A stretch of 64,000 nucleotides of DNA from an uncultured Gemmatimonadaceae bacterium (GCA_963740355.1 CAVUDW010000003.1:512001-576000), one strand, 5' to 3'; numbered from the stretch's first letter, positions 1 through 10,310 are shown. Made by a program: numbers and translations. Notes: generated from the letters alone by a model not told the origin.

Positions 1-87
1 CGTATTCAGATACATCAAGCAGAACATGACCACGGTTGAGACCGTGATCATGCCAGCGAAGCGCCGGTACGGATTCGTTGAATTCAT
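1..87 (-). CDS. DUF305-type protein, 5' part (second copy of 13123-13578; runs off the window)
   Basis: Reads MNSTNPYRRFAGMITVSTVVMFCLMYLNT, nearly identical to the N-terminus of 13123-13578. Confidence 0.75.
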   Translation of the reverse strand, partial: MNSTNPYRRFAGMITVSTVVMFCLMYLNT

Positions 88-175
88 CCGCTAACTCCTT
101 TGTATCGTCGAGGGATGATTGCGTGCCGCTGGCGCACCGAGCCAGCAGTGCGGTCGAGTGGCCGCTGGTGGGACG

Positions 176-338
176 CTATAGCTCAGTGCGCCGCAGCAGT
201 TGCACGTTCGCAGCCACGATGATCGTGGACGGTGACATCAGGCCGGCAGGTATCTGCAGGCGCTGTTGCGTGAGACATCGCGTGTCGCGCGTGCGTGTCG
301 CATGTCATGGTGCTCTCGTACATCGCATGATCCTCCAT
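176..338 (-). pseudogene. Internally deleted remnant of a CopB-type ATPase
   Basis: Starts MEDHAM (CopB starts MDEHAM) and is joined to AGLMSPSTIIVAANVQLLRRTEL*, which matches the CopB C-terminus at 13762-13830. Confidence 0.7.
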
Positions 339-345
339 CAACGTT

Positions 346-1319
346 TCAGTGTGCGGGGGTGCCGAGCGGCGCGGTGATACCGGCGGCGAGTACCGACGCG
401 ATCTGGGCGCGCACCCATCCCTGATGGGTGAGTGGTAAATGATGCGTCGCACCATGCTGCACCCGAATGACACAATTCGGGTGCACGGCCTGCAACTCGA
501 CCATGCGCTGCAGCGGCGCGCTGTCATCCGCATCGCCATGCAGGCAGAGGAACGGCGTCGTCGCCGGGATCCGGCGGACGGCGGCCGCGCGAGATCATAT
601 CCGTAGATCACTTCCCAAATCGTGGACGTCGAGGACCGCCATGTCATTTGTGTGAGATCCTCGGCGACCTCGCGCGGCACACTGCTGATCAGGTAGGGGA
701 ATGCCCAGCCGAGCAATCGCCGACTGAACAGGCACATCAACGCCATCGGCACGAGATGCGTCCAGATCCAGCCATTCGCGCCCTTGTCGCGGAAGAAGCG
801 CTTCGCCTGCTCCGCGTCGCCGAAGAACGGAAGGCTGACCAGCACCAAACGCTCGATCTGCTCCGGATAGCGGGCGGCGTAGGCAATCGCGAGCCGCGCG
901 CCGAGCGAATGTCCGACGAGGATGATGCGCCCGACGGGCGCGAGAACGCGGTGGAGTTCGCTGATGTGTCGCTCGACGTCATACGTCGTCCACGGCTTCG
1001 GTGACCGACCGAATCCGAGCAGGTCGATCAGCAGATGACGTCCGGGGAGCGATGGACCGGCGCCGGTCGTCAGGACGTACGTCCAGAAGCGCGTCGTCGC
1101 GCCGATGCCGGGCAGGAAGACGATGGTCGGCGTGCCGTCGCCGTCCACGGTCGTGAAGAGCGGACGACCGCCGTCCGTACCGCGATCCGCGTCCACGACC
1201 GCGAGCGCCGCCGACGCCGTCAGGAGTACCCCTATCCCGCCACCGACCCGACGAAGCATCGTCCGCCGCGACAGTCGCCCTTCTTCCGCCACGGCCGCCA
1301 GCGGCTCGGGCCCGGTCAT
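346..1319 (-). pseudogene. Alpha/beta hydrolase with Tat-like signal, frameshifted near 585
   Basis: SRRTML signal, DLLGFGRS and GHSLG nucleophile motif; the catalytic Asp/His region (LHGDADD, GATHHLP) continues in another frame to TGA at 346-348; ATG overlaps the upstream stop. Confidence 0.75.
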
Positions 1320-1825
1320 TTCATGCGGGCCATCATGCCAGCGTGCAACGTGCCTAGCTGACGAACACGCGCCGTATGCGCAGGCATCATGCTGCGGAGC
1401 GACTCCCCGCTCTGGTCGGGCATCATCACCAGATCCTGCCGAACAGAGTCCACGAGCGCTGTCCAACCGGCATCCGCAGGCATGTGCATCTGGCGCATCT
1501 CGCCGTTCATCTGGGACAGCATGGTGGCGACCATCTGCCGATGACCCGGGATGAGTGTACGCATCGTCGCGGCGTCCGCGGAACCCATGCTGCGCAGTTG
1601 GCTGTCCATCTCCGGCGAGAGTCCGTTCATCATGCCGAGCATGCCCGGCGCCGAGTCCGGCTCACTCGTCGTCATGCCGCGCATGCCGTTCATCGGCCGT
1701 GCGTCCGCCGCTACCATCGGCGACTTATCCCCTGCGGCACGATCCGGCGATGTCTTCGAGCACGCCATCACAAGCAGCACAGATGACGCGACACGGCAGA
1801 TCCTGACAGCCCATCGATTCGGCAT
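1316..1825 (-). CDS. Met-rich lipoprotein, putative periplasmic Cu/Ag-binding protein
   Basis: Lipobox VMAC, very high Met content, GGAG RBS, directly after cusA. Confidence 0.7.
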   Translation of the reverse strand: MPNRWAVRICRVASSVLLVMACSKTSPDRAAGDKSPMVAADARPMNGMRGMTTSEPDSAPGMLGMMNGLSPEMDSQLRSMGSADAATMRTLIPGHRQMVATMLSQMNGEMRQMHMPADAGWTALVDSVRQDLVMMPDQSGESLRSMMPAHTARVRQLGTLHAGMMARMK

Positions 1826-1848
1826 TCGATCTCCAGTGGAGTGTGGTG

Positions 1849-4800
1849 TCACTTCGCTCGCTCAGTGGCAGACGTCACGGCCGTCACGTGCGCCCGCCCA
1901 ACCGCGCGTTCTCGCCAGATCGAGTAAATCGCGGGAATGACCAGCAGCGTCAGTACCGTACTCGTCACCATGCCGCCGACCATCGGCGCGGCAATCCGTT
2001 TCATCACGTCGGCGCCCGTTCCGCTGCTCCACAAAATCGGCACCAGCCCGGCGGTGATCGCAGTGACCGTCATCATCTTGGGCCGGACCCGCTCCACGGC
2101 TCCGTGCGTTACGGCCGCGTCGACGTCTGCCCTGCTCTGCATGGCACCGGCGGCGACACGGTCACGATATGCATGGTCAAGGTATACCAGCATGATGACG
2201 CCGGTCTCCGCAGCGACCCCGGCCAGTGCGATAAATCCGACCGCGACTGCCGTGCTCAGGTTGTAGTGCAGCAGCCACATCAGCCACACGCCACCGACCA
2301 GCGCAAACGGCAGCGACAGCATCACGATGCCCACCTCGACCGCATTCCGGAAATTCAGATACAGCAGGCCAAACACGATGAGCAGCGTGACGGGCACGAT
2401 CAGCGCCAGCCGCCGCGACGCCCGTTCCAGTGACTCGAACTGACCGGACCACTCAAGCCGGTAGCCCGCTGGAATCGCGAGTCCCGACGCGACGCGCAGC
2501 TTCGCTGCATCGACGTAACTGCCAATGTCCCGTCCGCGCACATCGACGTAGACGATGCCCGTGAGTGCTGCGTTCTCGGACTTGATCAGCGTGGGCCCGG
2601 GCACGATGCGGATCGACGCCAGTTCGCCGAGCGCCACCTGCGCACCCGTCGGCGCCATGACGAGCACGTCGCGCAACCGCTGCGGATCATTCCGGAAGGC
2701 ACTCGCGTACCGCACGCGAACCGCATAGCGATCACGCCCGCGAAGGACCTCGCCGGCATCGCTCCCACCGACCGCAGTCGCCATTGCGTCCTGCACCGCA
2801 TCGACGGTCAGGCCGTATCGCGCGGCGGCGTCACGGTTCACTGTGACGTCGAGATACCGCCCGCCCACGGCGCGCTCCGCGAACACGCTCCCGGTTCCTT
2901 CGATGTTGGTGAGCAATCCCTCCAGATCACGGCCGATGCGATCCAGCGTGTCGAGGCTCGGCCCGAAAATCTTGATGCCGACGGCGGTCTTGATGCCGGT
3001 CGCGAGCATGTCGAGGCGATTCCGGATCGGCATCGACCACATGTTCGCGACGCCAGGCGTCACGACGCGCGCATTTGCCTCACGCACGATGGAGTCGTAC
3101 GTGACACCGGGCCGCCAGTCGCGTTCGTCCTTTAGCACCGCAATGGTCTCGATCATCGACATCGGCGCCATGTCCGTCGCCGTCTCGGCCCGGCCGATCT
3201 TGCCGAGCACCGTCGACACTTCGGGGATCGAGGCCAGCGCCTGGTCACGCTGGCGCAACACGGCTTTGGCCTGTTCGCTTCCGATGCCCGGAAACAACGA
3301 TGGCATATCCATCATGGCCCCCTCATGCAGCGCCGGCATGAACTCCCGGCCGAGCTGCATCCACGGCAGCAACGAAATGGCGAGCACGGCGGCAGCGAGT
3401 GCCACGGTCGTCCAGCGAAATCGCAACACGAGCGCGATCACCGGTCGATACGCCCGTACGAGAATGCGATTCACCGGATTCGCGGCTTCCGGCCGCACAC
3501 CCTTGCGGATGAAGGTGCCCATCATCACCGGCACCAGCGTGACCGACAGGAGCGCCGCCGCGGCCATGGCCAGCGTCTTCGTCCACGCCAGCGGCTTGAA
3601 TAGCCGCCCTTCCTGATCCTCTAGTGCGAACACGGGCAGAAATGACGCCGTAATGATCAGCAGCGAGACGAACAACGCCGGCCCAACCTCCTGTGCCGCC
3701 TGTACCACGAGCGACCAATGCGGCTGCCCCGCACTGCCCCCCGCTCGCTCGGCGACGTCACGTTCGATGTGCTTGTGCAGGTTCTCCACCATCACGATGG
3801 CGGCGTCGATCATCGCACCAATGGCAATCGCGATTCCACCGAGCGACATGATGTTGGCGGACAGGCCAAGACCGCGCATCGCGAGGAAGGCGATGCAGAG
3901 GCCGACCGGCAGCGTGATGATCGCGACCAGCGCACTCGATACATGGAGCAGGAAGACGAGCGCAACGACTGCGACGATGATCGATTCTTCGAGCAGCTTT
4001 GACCGCAGCGTGGCAATCGCGCGCTCGATGAGCGACGACCGGTCGTACCCGGTGGCAAACGTTACGCCCACCGGCAGTGCGCTTCGTAGCGCCGACATCC
4101 GCGCGGTGACGCCACGGATCACGTCGCGCGGATTGGCGCCGTAGCGCATCACCACCCAACCCGTCACGACCTCGCCCTTGCCGTTCAAATCCGTGATACC
4201 GCGACGCAGTGCGGGACCATCGTTCACCGTCGCCACGTCGCCCAACTCGACCGGCACGCCGCTGGATTGCATGAGCGCGACGTGGCGCAGCTGCTCGAGC
4301 GACTGGAAACGGCCACGACCTCGCACGGTGTACTCCGTGCCGCCCATCTCGAGCACGCGACCGCCGACATCCTGATTCGACGCGCGGACGGCGTCGGCCA
4401 CGGACGACATCGAGAGCCCGTATGCCAGCAGCTTGTCGGGATCGACCTGCACGTGATACTCGCGCTCGAATCCACCGAGCGAGGCGATCTCCGCGACACC
4501 CGGCACCGACGTCAGTGCCGGCTTGACGACGAAGTCTTGCAGCGCGCGCAATTCACCCGCGTTTCGCGCGCCAGTCGTATCCGTCACGATGTATTGCATG
4601 ACCCAACCGACGCCGGTGGCGTCAGGTCCCAGCGTCGGTCGCGCGGCATCCGGGAGCCGATTGCGGACGCCGTTCAGGTATTCGAGCACGCGGCTCCGTG
4701 CCCAGTACAGATCCGTACCGTCCTCGAAGACGACATAGACCGCCGAGAGTCCGAACTGACTCATTCCACGTACGACCTTCGTGTGCGGCACCTTCAGCAG

Positions 4801-5016
4801 TTCTGTTTCGAGCGGGTATGTGATCTGATCTTCGACGAGCTGCGGTGCCTGTCCCGGCCACTCGGTCATGACGATGACCTGCACATCCGACAGGTCGGGA
4901 ATCGCATCGACTGGCGTGCGGAGCACCGCGACGGCCCCGGCGACGGTCAGGACGAGCGTGATGAGGACCACGGTGAATCGATGCGTCACCGACCACGCGA
5001 TGAGACGTGCGAGCAT
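1849..5016 (-). CDS. cusA: CusA-type Cu/Ag RND efflux transporter
   Basis: DAIPDLSDVQVI, LGPDATGVGW, DMAPMSMIET, MPIRNRLDMLATG; 1055 aa. Confidence 0.92.
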   Translation of the reverse strand: MLARLIAWSVTHRFTVVLITLVLTVAGAVAVLRTPVDAIPDLSDVQVIVMTEWPGQAPQLVEDQITYPLETELLKVPHTKVVRGMSQFGLSAVYVVFEDGTDLYWARSRVLEYLNGVRNRLPDAARPTLGPDATGVGWVMQYIVTDTTGARNAGELRALQDFVVKPALTSVPGVAEIASLGGFEREYHVQVDPDKLLAYGLSMSSVADAVRASNQDVGGRVLEMGGTEYTVRGRGRFQSLEQLRHVALMQSSGVPVELGDVATVNDGPALRRGITDLNGKGEVVTGWVVMRYGANPRDVIRGVTARMSALRSALPVGVTFATGYDRSSLIERAIATLRSKLLEESIIVAVVALVFLLHVSSALVAIITLPVGLCIAFLAMRGLGLSANIMSLGGIAIAIGAMIDAAIVMVENLHKHIERDVAERAGGSAGQPHWSLVVQAAQEVGPALFVSLLIITASFLPVFALEDQEGRLFKPLAWTKTLAMAAAALLSVTLVPVMMGTFIRKGVRPEAANPVNRILVRAYRPVIALVLRFRWTTVALAAAVLAISLLPWMQLGREFMPALHEGAMMDMPSLFPGIGSEQAKAVLRQRDQALASIPEVSTVLGKIGRAETATDMAPMSMIETIAVLKDERDWRPGVTYDSIVREANARVVTPGVANMWSMPIRNRLDMLATGIKTAVGIKIFGPSLDTLDRIGRDLEGLLTNIEGTGSVFAERAVGGRYLDVTVNRDAAARYGLTVDAVQDAMATAVGGSDAGEVLRGRDRYAVRVRYASAFRNDPQRLRDVLVMAPTGAQVALGELASIRIVPGPTLIKSENAALTGIVYVDVRGRDIGSYVDAAKLRVASGLAIPAGYRLEWSGQFESLERASRRLALIVPVTLLIVFGLLYLNFRNAVEVGIVMLSLPFALVGGVWLMWLLHYNLSTAVAVGFIALAGVAAETGVIMLVYLDHAYRDRVAAGAMQSRADVDAAVTHGAVERVRPKMMTVTAITAGLVPILWSSGTGADVMKRIAAPMVGGMVTSTVLTLLVIPAIYSIWRERAVGRAHVTAVTSATERAK

Positions 5017-5018
5017 GG

Positions 5019-6299
5019 TCAGCGCCTCGCCGGCGCAGGTGTCGTCACCCGTGCCGCAGAGGCGCCGCCCATGTCCATGCCCTTCATGTCAGTATCGACG
5101 GTCATCGCCGCGCTGCCCATACCGAGCATGCTGCGCATGACGTCGGCCAGATTCGATTCGGACTCCAGCAGATATTGCGCCGATGTCACGACACGCTGGC
5201 CGCCATTGAGCCCGGCCAGCACTTCGACGAAATCCGACGTCGTCGCGCCCAGCTCGACCTCGTGCGGCATCAGCCGACCGCCGCCCATGTCCACGAACAC
5301 CACCGACCGTTCGCCGGTCTCGATCACCGCGGCGCGCGGCACGGTGAGCACGCGGCGACCAGGCGACGCCATGGCCACCGTGGCGAACATGCCTGGCTTG
5401 AGGACCCCATCATCGTTGCGCACCAGGACGCGCGCGCTGAGTGTCCGTGACTGATCACCGACGGTCGGATAGATGTACGACACACGACCGGTGAAGGTGC
5501 GACCCGGCACGCCGCTGACGGTGTACGTCGCGAGCATGCCGTCGCGCACACCTCCGCTGCTGCCAGCAGGGATGCGCACGTCGATCCACAGCTTCGACAG
5601 GTCCGAAATCATGAACAGCAGCATGCCAGCCTGCACGGCCTGCCCCTGGCTCACCAGCCGTTGCGTGAGGACGCCCGAGATCGGCGCGACGAGTGTGGTC
5701 GTCCGCTGCACGCTCTGGGTTCGCAGCACCTCGTCGATCTGCACGTCGCTCACATCGAGGAGACGCAATCGTCGGCGTGCAGCGCTCAGCAGCGTGACAG
5801 ATCGCGTCGTGTCACGGTCGCTGGCGCGCTCCGCCGAGGTCGAGAGTCTGGACGCGACCAGCAGTTCTTCTTCAGCGACGAGGATTTCCGGTGCGTAGAT
5901 CGCCGCCAACGGTGCGCCGCGCGTGATGCGCTGCCCGGTCACTCTGGCGTCAAGGCGCTCGATGAAACCGCCGACCTTCGTCGTGACCGCGACGACACCG
6001 GATTCGTCGGCGGCGACTGTCCCGACGGTGCGCAGCGTGCCTTGCAGCTCGCGCACTGCCGCCGTGTCGAACGTGACGCCGAATTGCTTGATCGCTGACG
6101 CCGAGATCAGCGCCGACCCATCACTGCTCATCTGCATGCCCGGCATCCCGGGCATCGCTGTGCTGGCACCGTATCCACCAGCGGTGTCCGCCGTGCGGCC
6201 AGACGCAGCAAGCCCCGTATCCTTCCCTGAGCACCCTGCGAGCACCACCGCAAGCGCGAGTGTTGCGCGGAACTTCACGTGCGGAATGGACGCGTTCAT
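5019..6299 (-). CDS. cusB: CusB-type membrane fusion protein
   Basis: Lipobox LAGC, MPGMPGM, GFIERL, YIYPTV, LKPGMF. Confidence 0.88.
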   Translation of the reverse strand: MNASIPHVKFRATLALAVVLAGCSGKDTGLAASGRTADTAGGYGASTAMPGMPGMQMSSDGSALISASAIKQFGVTFDTAAVRELQGTLRTVGTVAADESGVVAVTTKVGGFIERLDARVTGQRITRGAPLAAIYAPEILVAEEELLVASRLSTSAERASDRDTTRSVTLLSAARRRLRLLDVSDVQIDEVLRTQSVQRTTTLVAPISGVLTQRLVSQGQAVQAGMLLFMISDLSKLWIDVRIPAGSSGGVRDGMLATYTVSGVPGRTFTGRVSYIYPTVGDQSRTLSARVLVRNDDGVLKPGMFATVAMASPGRRVLTVPRAAVIETGERSVVFVDMGGGRLMPHEVELGATTSDFVEVLAGLNGGQRVVTSAQYLLESESNLADVMRSMLGMGSAAMTVDTDMKGMDMGGASAARVTTPAPARR

Positions 6300-7720
6300 G
6301 GCAGTACCTCCGATCCCACGATGAGTTCGAGCGCCGAAACACTCTTCGCGAAGTCCGACAACGTCCGGGCGAGTGTCACGCGGTCGCCACGCTCCGCCGC
6401 CTCAGCGCTGAGCACCTGCGTGAGCGAACCCGCATTGCCTCGGTAGCTTGCTAGTGCGGCGTCGACGGCTGCGCGACGCGCGGGAAGCACCGACCTTGAA
6501 TACAAGGCGATCTGCGCCCGTGCGCGCTCGGCGGTCGCATGCAAGCGTGCAATCGATGCGTAGACGTCGTTGCGCTGCGCATCGTGCTCGGCCTCTGACG
6601 CGAGAACGTCCGCGTGTGCCGCCGCGATCACCGCACCCTGCTTCGTTCGTTGCTGCAGCCGCAGTGGAATCGCCAGCTGCAGCGTGACCATGTCGGGCAG
6701 GTTGTTTCGTTGACCGTACTGCAGCACCACGTCGACGTCCGGTCGCGCTTCGATGCGCGCGAGTGTCACGCGCTCCTGCTGCGCATCGATCTCACGCTGG
6801 TGACTGATCAGCATCGGACCGGACTGCATGGCGCGCATCTGCAGCTCATCAAGGGGCAGGAGCGGCGACGACGACGAATCAGTGTTCTCACGCTCCGCGG
6901 CACGGCGGATGCGCGCAGAAACAGTGACTGGCAGTACCGGCGTGTCACTGGCACGATCCAGCAGCGCGTTCAGTGCGGCCACGGTTGCGCTGCGTTCGCT
7001 GAGCACGCCGGCCTCATCGTCACGCAACTTCATCGCATCCACACGCGCGGTCAGCACATCAGCCTGCGAGCCGACCCCCGCGTCGTACCGGGCCAATGCG
7101 ACGGCCGCCACCTCGTCCAACGTCGCGCGTTGCTGCCGTGTCAGCGCCAGCGCCGCGTCGAGGTAGGCCAGGTCATACCACGTCGCCTTGATCGCCGACA
7201 CGAGCTCCGCGCGCACGGTGCGATCCTGCGCGATCACGGCGTCCGCCTCTCGAACGGCGACATCGCGCCGTACGCGCAGCTTGCCAGGAAAGAGCACGGT
7301 CTGCGACACACCGATCATCTTCATCGTCATCCCGTCCGTGAATCCCGGAGCGAGGAGCGGGAAGTTCTGCAGGCCCGCCATCAGCATCGGATCGGGCCGA
7401 GCCCCGGCAGGGCCGATCCTCGCGCGCGCGGCGGTGGTGCGTGCCGTCGCGGCGCGCACACGAGGACTCGCCGCCATCGCACGCGCGACGAGTGCCAGAA
7501 GCGCGGGATCGTCGTCGCGGCGCGCGGCGGCAGACTGCGCCGGGAGGTATACCGGTACCAACAGCAGCAGTGCAGCTGTGCAAACATGCGAGCGCCGGGC
7601 ACCCCAACGCAGCAAAAGGAATCGTTCGATTGTCACGTGACACGCCGAATCTTGGCGTACGGCAATCGCACCCACGGAAGCGGGGTGGTTGACGTACGAC
7701 ACCAGCGGCGCGACCGTCAT
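6296..7720 (-). CDS. cusC: TolC/CusC-type outer membrane factor (true start may be ~85 nt further downstream)
   Basis: OEP repeats, RPDPML, SQTVLFPGKL; first structural gene of the cus operon. Confidence 0.8.
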   Translation of the reverse strand: MTVAPLVSYVNHPASVGAIAVRQDSACHVTIERFLLLRWGARRSHVCTAALLLLVPVYLPAQSAAARRDDDPALLALVARAMAASPRVRAATARTTAARARIGPAGARPDPMLMAGLQNFPLLAPGFTDGMTMKMIGVSQTVLFPGKLRVRRDVAVREADAVIAQDRTVRAELVSAIKATWYDLAYLDAALALTRQQRATLDEVAAVALARYDAGVGSQADVLTARVDAMKLRDDEAGVLSERSATVAALNALLDRASDTPVLPVTVSARIRRAAERENTDSSSSPLLPLDELQMRAMQSGPMLISHQREIDAQQERVTLARIEARPDVDVVLQYGQRNNLPDMVTLQLAIPLRLQQRTKQGAVIAAAHADVLASEAEHDAQRNDVYASIARLHATAERARAQIALYSRSVLPARRAAVDAALASYRGNAGSLTQVLSAEAAERGDRVTLARTLSDFAKSVSALELIVGSEVLP

Positions 7721-7783
7721 GATCGCGCGCGTCAGGTCAGCAGGCGTCTCGGTGCGCTACACGGCGACGAGACGCTGCGGCGC

Positions 7784-8161
7784 TCAGGCTCTCGGTGGCG
7801 GGAGTTCGGGGGCCACGACGTACGACATCGGCGTCCGCTCGCTGATGCCTTGGACGTCGGACACTGCGCGAGCTGCGCCGACCGCCAAGGTCATCGACGT
7901 CGGCGCGTCGAGCGCAAACGCGCAGATGATCATCGACGCGCAATGCTGATCAGCTGGCGCGGGCGTGCGCGAGCCCTGCTTCGCTGGCGGGCAGTGGTCG
8001 TCGGCACCGGCAGTTGCCGGCATGCCGGGCATTGCGCCCACCTCGGCCGAACCAACAGCCCGTGCCGCTGCGGCCACGCACGCCGCTCCCCCGCTGACCA
8101 GCGAGAGCTGGAGCGCGAAAAAGCTGAAGAGGATCGTCAGGGCGCGGCTGGCGCTTCGCAT
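7784..8161 (-). CDS. Small secreted Met/Cys/His leader protein ending APELPPPRA (CopL/DUF2946-like)
   Basis: Signal-like N-terminus, MPGM, DDHC, HCASMIIC, Pro-rich C-terminus; lies just upstream of cusC. Confidence 0.7.
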   Translation of the reverse strand: MRSASRALTILFSFFALQLSLVSGGAACVAAAARAVGSAEVGAMPGMPATAGADDHCPPAKQGSRTPAPADQHCASMIICAFALDAPTSMTLAVGAARAVSDVQGISERTPMSYVVAPELPPPRA

Positions 8162-8549
8162 GAAAGGAAAGGTACATGTGCCGTGACGGCCTCCGGCACC
8201 CGAGGACACGACGCCGAACACTCCGACCCGGCCCGCTGTCCGGCTCTGTCGACCCCCATGAATGGAGGGAACCCGGGGTCCTGCCGATGAATCGCGCTCG
8301 GGCCGTCCGGTGATTCGCACGGGCGCCCGCGGCGAATGCGCGGACAAACCGGGATTCCGCGGCCGTCACCCGGGACGCAAGGCAGCACCGCGTGCGCCGT
8401 CCTCGGCAGCCGCTTCAGTGTCAGCGGCGTCCGTCACCGAAGCATCGCGGCCGCCGAGCCCCCCAGGAACACAGCGGACACTCGCGCATCGCTGCCACGC
8501 AGCGTTGCGGACGCCACCATCGGCGCCGCTCCTGTTGAAATGGAGCCGC

Positions 8550-9164
8550 ATGTCCACCCCCCCGCCTTCCCTCGGTGCGCTGCTCGCGGCCGTCACCGCC
8601 GCGTGCACTCCCGCCGACCGCGACGCCGCCGTTAGCGCCCTCTTCGTCGCGGCGCGGCCGGTCCTGATCCCGGTCTGCGACGCCGTGCTGCAGCGCGCTC
8701 CCGGCGCGCATTGGCACTCGGCCGAGGATCTTGCCCAGGATGTCTTGGTCGACACCCTCCCCGCCCTGCAGCGCGGGGCGTGCCCGACGACGACCAACAA
8801 TGGCCTCGTGCGCTTTCTGCGCACGGTGGCCACGCGTCGCCTCATCTCGGCCGCACGGCCGCAGACGGGTGTGACGCCATTCGACCTCGCGGAGGTCGTG
8901 CTGGCGCTGCACGCCGCCAATGCGGTGGGGGATGATGCCGATGATCCCGACGCGCAGCGGCGCGCCGAAATCCGCCAGCTCTACAACGTCGTACTCGGCG
9001 AAGTACCAGAGGCGTTCGCGACCACGTGGCGCGTCGTCGTCGAACAGGAACTGCCGAAGACCGCTGCCGCCGCCGCACTCGGGATCGACCGCGGCACGGT
9101 GCACCGCCACGTCACGGCGGTCCGTACGCATCTCGCGTCTCGGCTCAGCGCCTTCGCGCCGTGA
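8550..9164 (+). CDS. ECF-type RNA polymerase sigma factor
   Basis: Region 2 (AEDLAQDVL...FLRTVATRRLIS) and region 4 HTH (AAAALGIDRGTVHRHV); GGAG RBS before ATG 8550. Confidence 0.75.
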   Translation: MSTPPPSLGALLAAVTAACTPADRDAAVSALFVAARPVLIPVCDAVLQRAPGAHWHSAEDLAQDVLVDTLPALQRGACPTTTNNGLVRFLRTVATRRLISAARPQTGVTPFDLAEVVLALHAANAVGDDADDPDAQRRAEIRQLYNVVLGEVPEAFATTWRVVVEQELPKTAAAAALGIDRGTVHRHVTAVRTHLASRLSAFAP

Positions 9165-9266
9165 TGGAGCACGTCAGGCGGGCACGCGGACCACCGCGAC
9201 CGCAACACCGGTGCGATAGGAAGGTGAAGCCACTCCGGCTCACGCCACCACTCGCACCCCACGGAC

Positions 9267-10310
9267 ATGCCCCACGCCGAACCCTCGGACGACGCCGACG
9301 CAGGCGACGAACCGTCGCCACCGTCCGCACTTCCCGCGCACGCGACACCGCTGGTGGACCCAGATGACGATCCGCGCGCCACGCTGGCGCGCATCCTTCA
9401 GCACTTGGTCGTCGCCTTCGGCGCCGACGCAGGTCCACAGGTAGATGGCATGCTCGCGCAGCTGGCGCTGTCGCTGACACGCTATGTCCACGCGCCCTAT
9501 CCGATGCGCGCCACGATCATCGGACCGACCGGCGCCGGTAAGACCCGCCTGTTGAATCTTCTCGCGTCCATCGTGCGCGTTCCCGCAGTCGTCATCCCGA
9601 TCACCGACATCAGCGAAACCGGATGGAGGGGAGCCCAGATTGGCGAGGTGTGCCGAGTGCTGCACCCGTCACTCTTCGTGCACGACCCCTTCACGCACCG
9701 AGTGCAGGTGCCACTTCGTACAGTGGCACTCCCGTCCATCGTGATGCTCGACGAGATCGATAAGGTCGCACTCGTTCACGATGCCGTACGCCTCGAGGGA
9801 TCAGCTGCCGCTGCACGCATCGGCAAGATGCATTCGCTCATGCCCTTGCTCGATCCCGAGAGTGAGATGGTCGTGCAGTACGACGACGCGCGGGCACCGT
9901 TTCGGTTCACCCTGAGGAACAGCATCGTCCTGTGCGCGGGTGCCTTCAGCATGGCACCAGCACATCGTCCGCTCACGCCGACAGATCTGGTCGACGTTGG
10001 GCTGACCAGGGAGCTGGTCGACAGGATGGGACCTGTGTGGATGCTTCCGACGCCGGGGCACACGCTGCGAGCCACCATCGCGCGCGAGGCGCTCCGCGAC
10101 GTCGAAGCGTTCGCGCTGCGCCTCGGCGTCACGGTTACGGGCATCGAAACGTTCGTCGCGGCGCAGCCAGCCCCCGACAACAGTCGCGACTACATCGGAC
10201 TGCGCGGACTACTGCACTTCGTCACGCAGCGTGTGCTGGCGGCCGTCGCCGACGCGCTCACGCAGCAGCGCACGCACATCGATCTGATGGCACTGCGAGG
10301 TGACGACTGA
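9267..10310 (+). CDS. ClpX/HslU-like AAA+ ATPase without zinc-binding domain or IGF loop
   Basis: Walker A GPTGAGKT, pore loop GWRG, Walker B MLDEIDK, LCAGAF, Arg finger ELVDRMG, sensor-2 GLRGL. Confidence 0.85.
   Translation: MPHAEPSDDADAGDEPSPPSALPAHATPLVDPDDDPRATLARILQHLVVAFGADAGPQVDGMLAQLALSLTRYVHAPYPMRATIIGPTGAGKTRLLNLLASIVRVPAVVIPITDISETGWRGAQIGEVCRVLHPSLFVHDPFTHRVQVPLRTVALPSIVMLDEIDKVALVHDAVRLEGSAAAARIGKMHSLMPLLDPESEMVVQYDDARAPFRFTLRNSIVLCAGAFSMAPAHRPLTPTDLVDVGLTRELVDRMGPVWMLPTPGHTLRATIAREALRDVEAFALRLGVTVTGIETFVAAQPAPDNSRDYIGLRGLLHFVTQRVLAAVADALTQQRTHIDLMALRGDD

Noticed and set aside
183..1466. 427-aa ORF as one protein
   Set aside because: Chimera of the hydrolase N-terminal part, an out-of-frame stretch and the copB remnant
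8266..8278. AGGGAACCCG (also near 51955) as an ECF -35 element
   Set aside because: No consistent -10 at matching spacing; could be chance
9267..10310. Calling this gene clpX
   Set aside because: Lacks the zinc domain and IGF loop, has no adjacent clpP, and lies in an island
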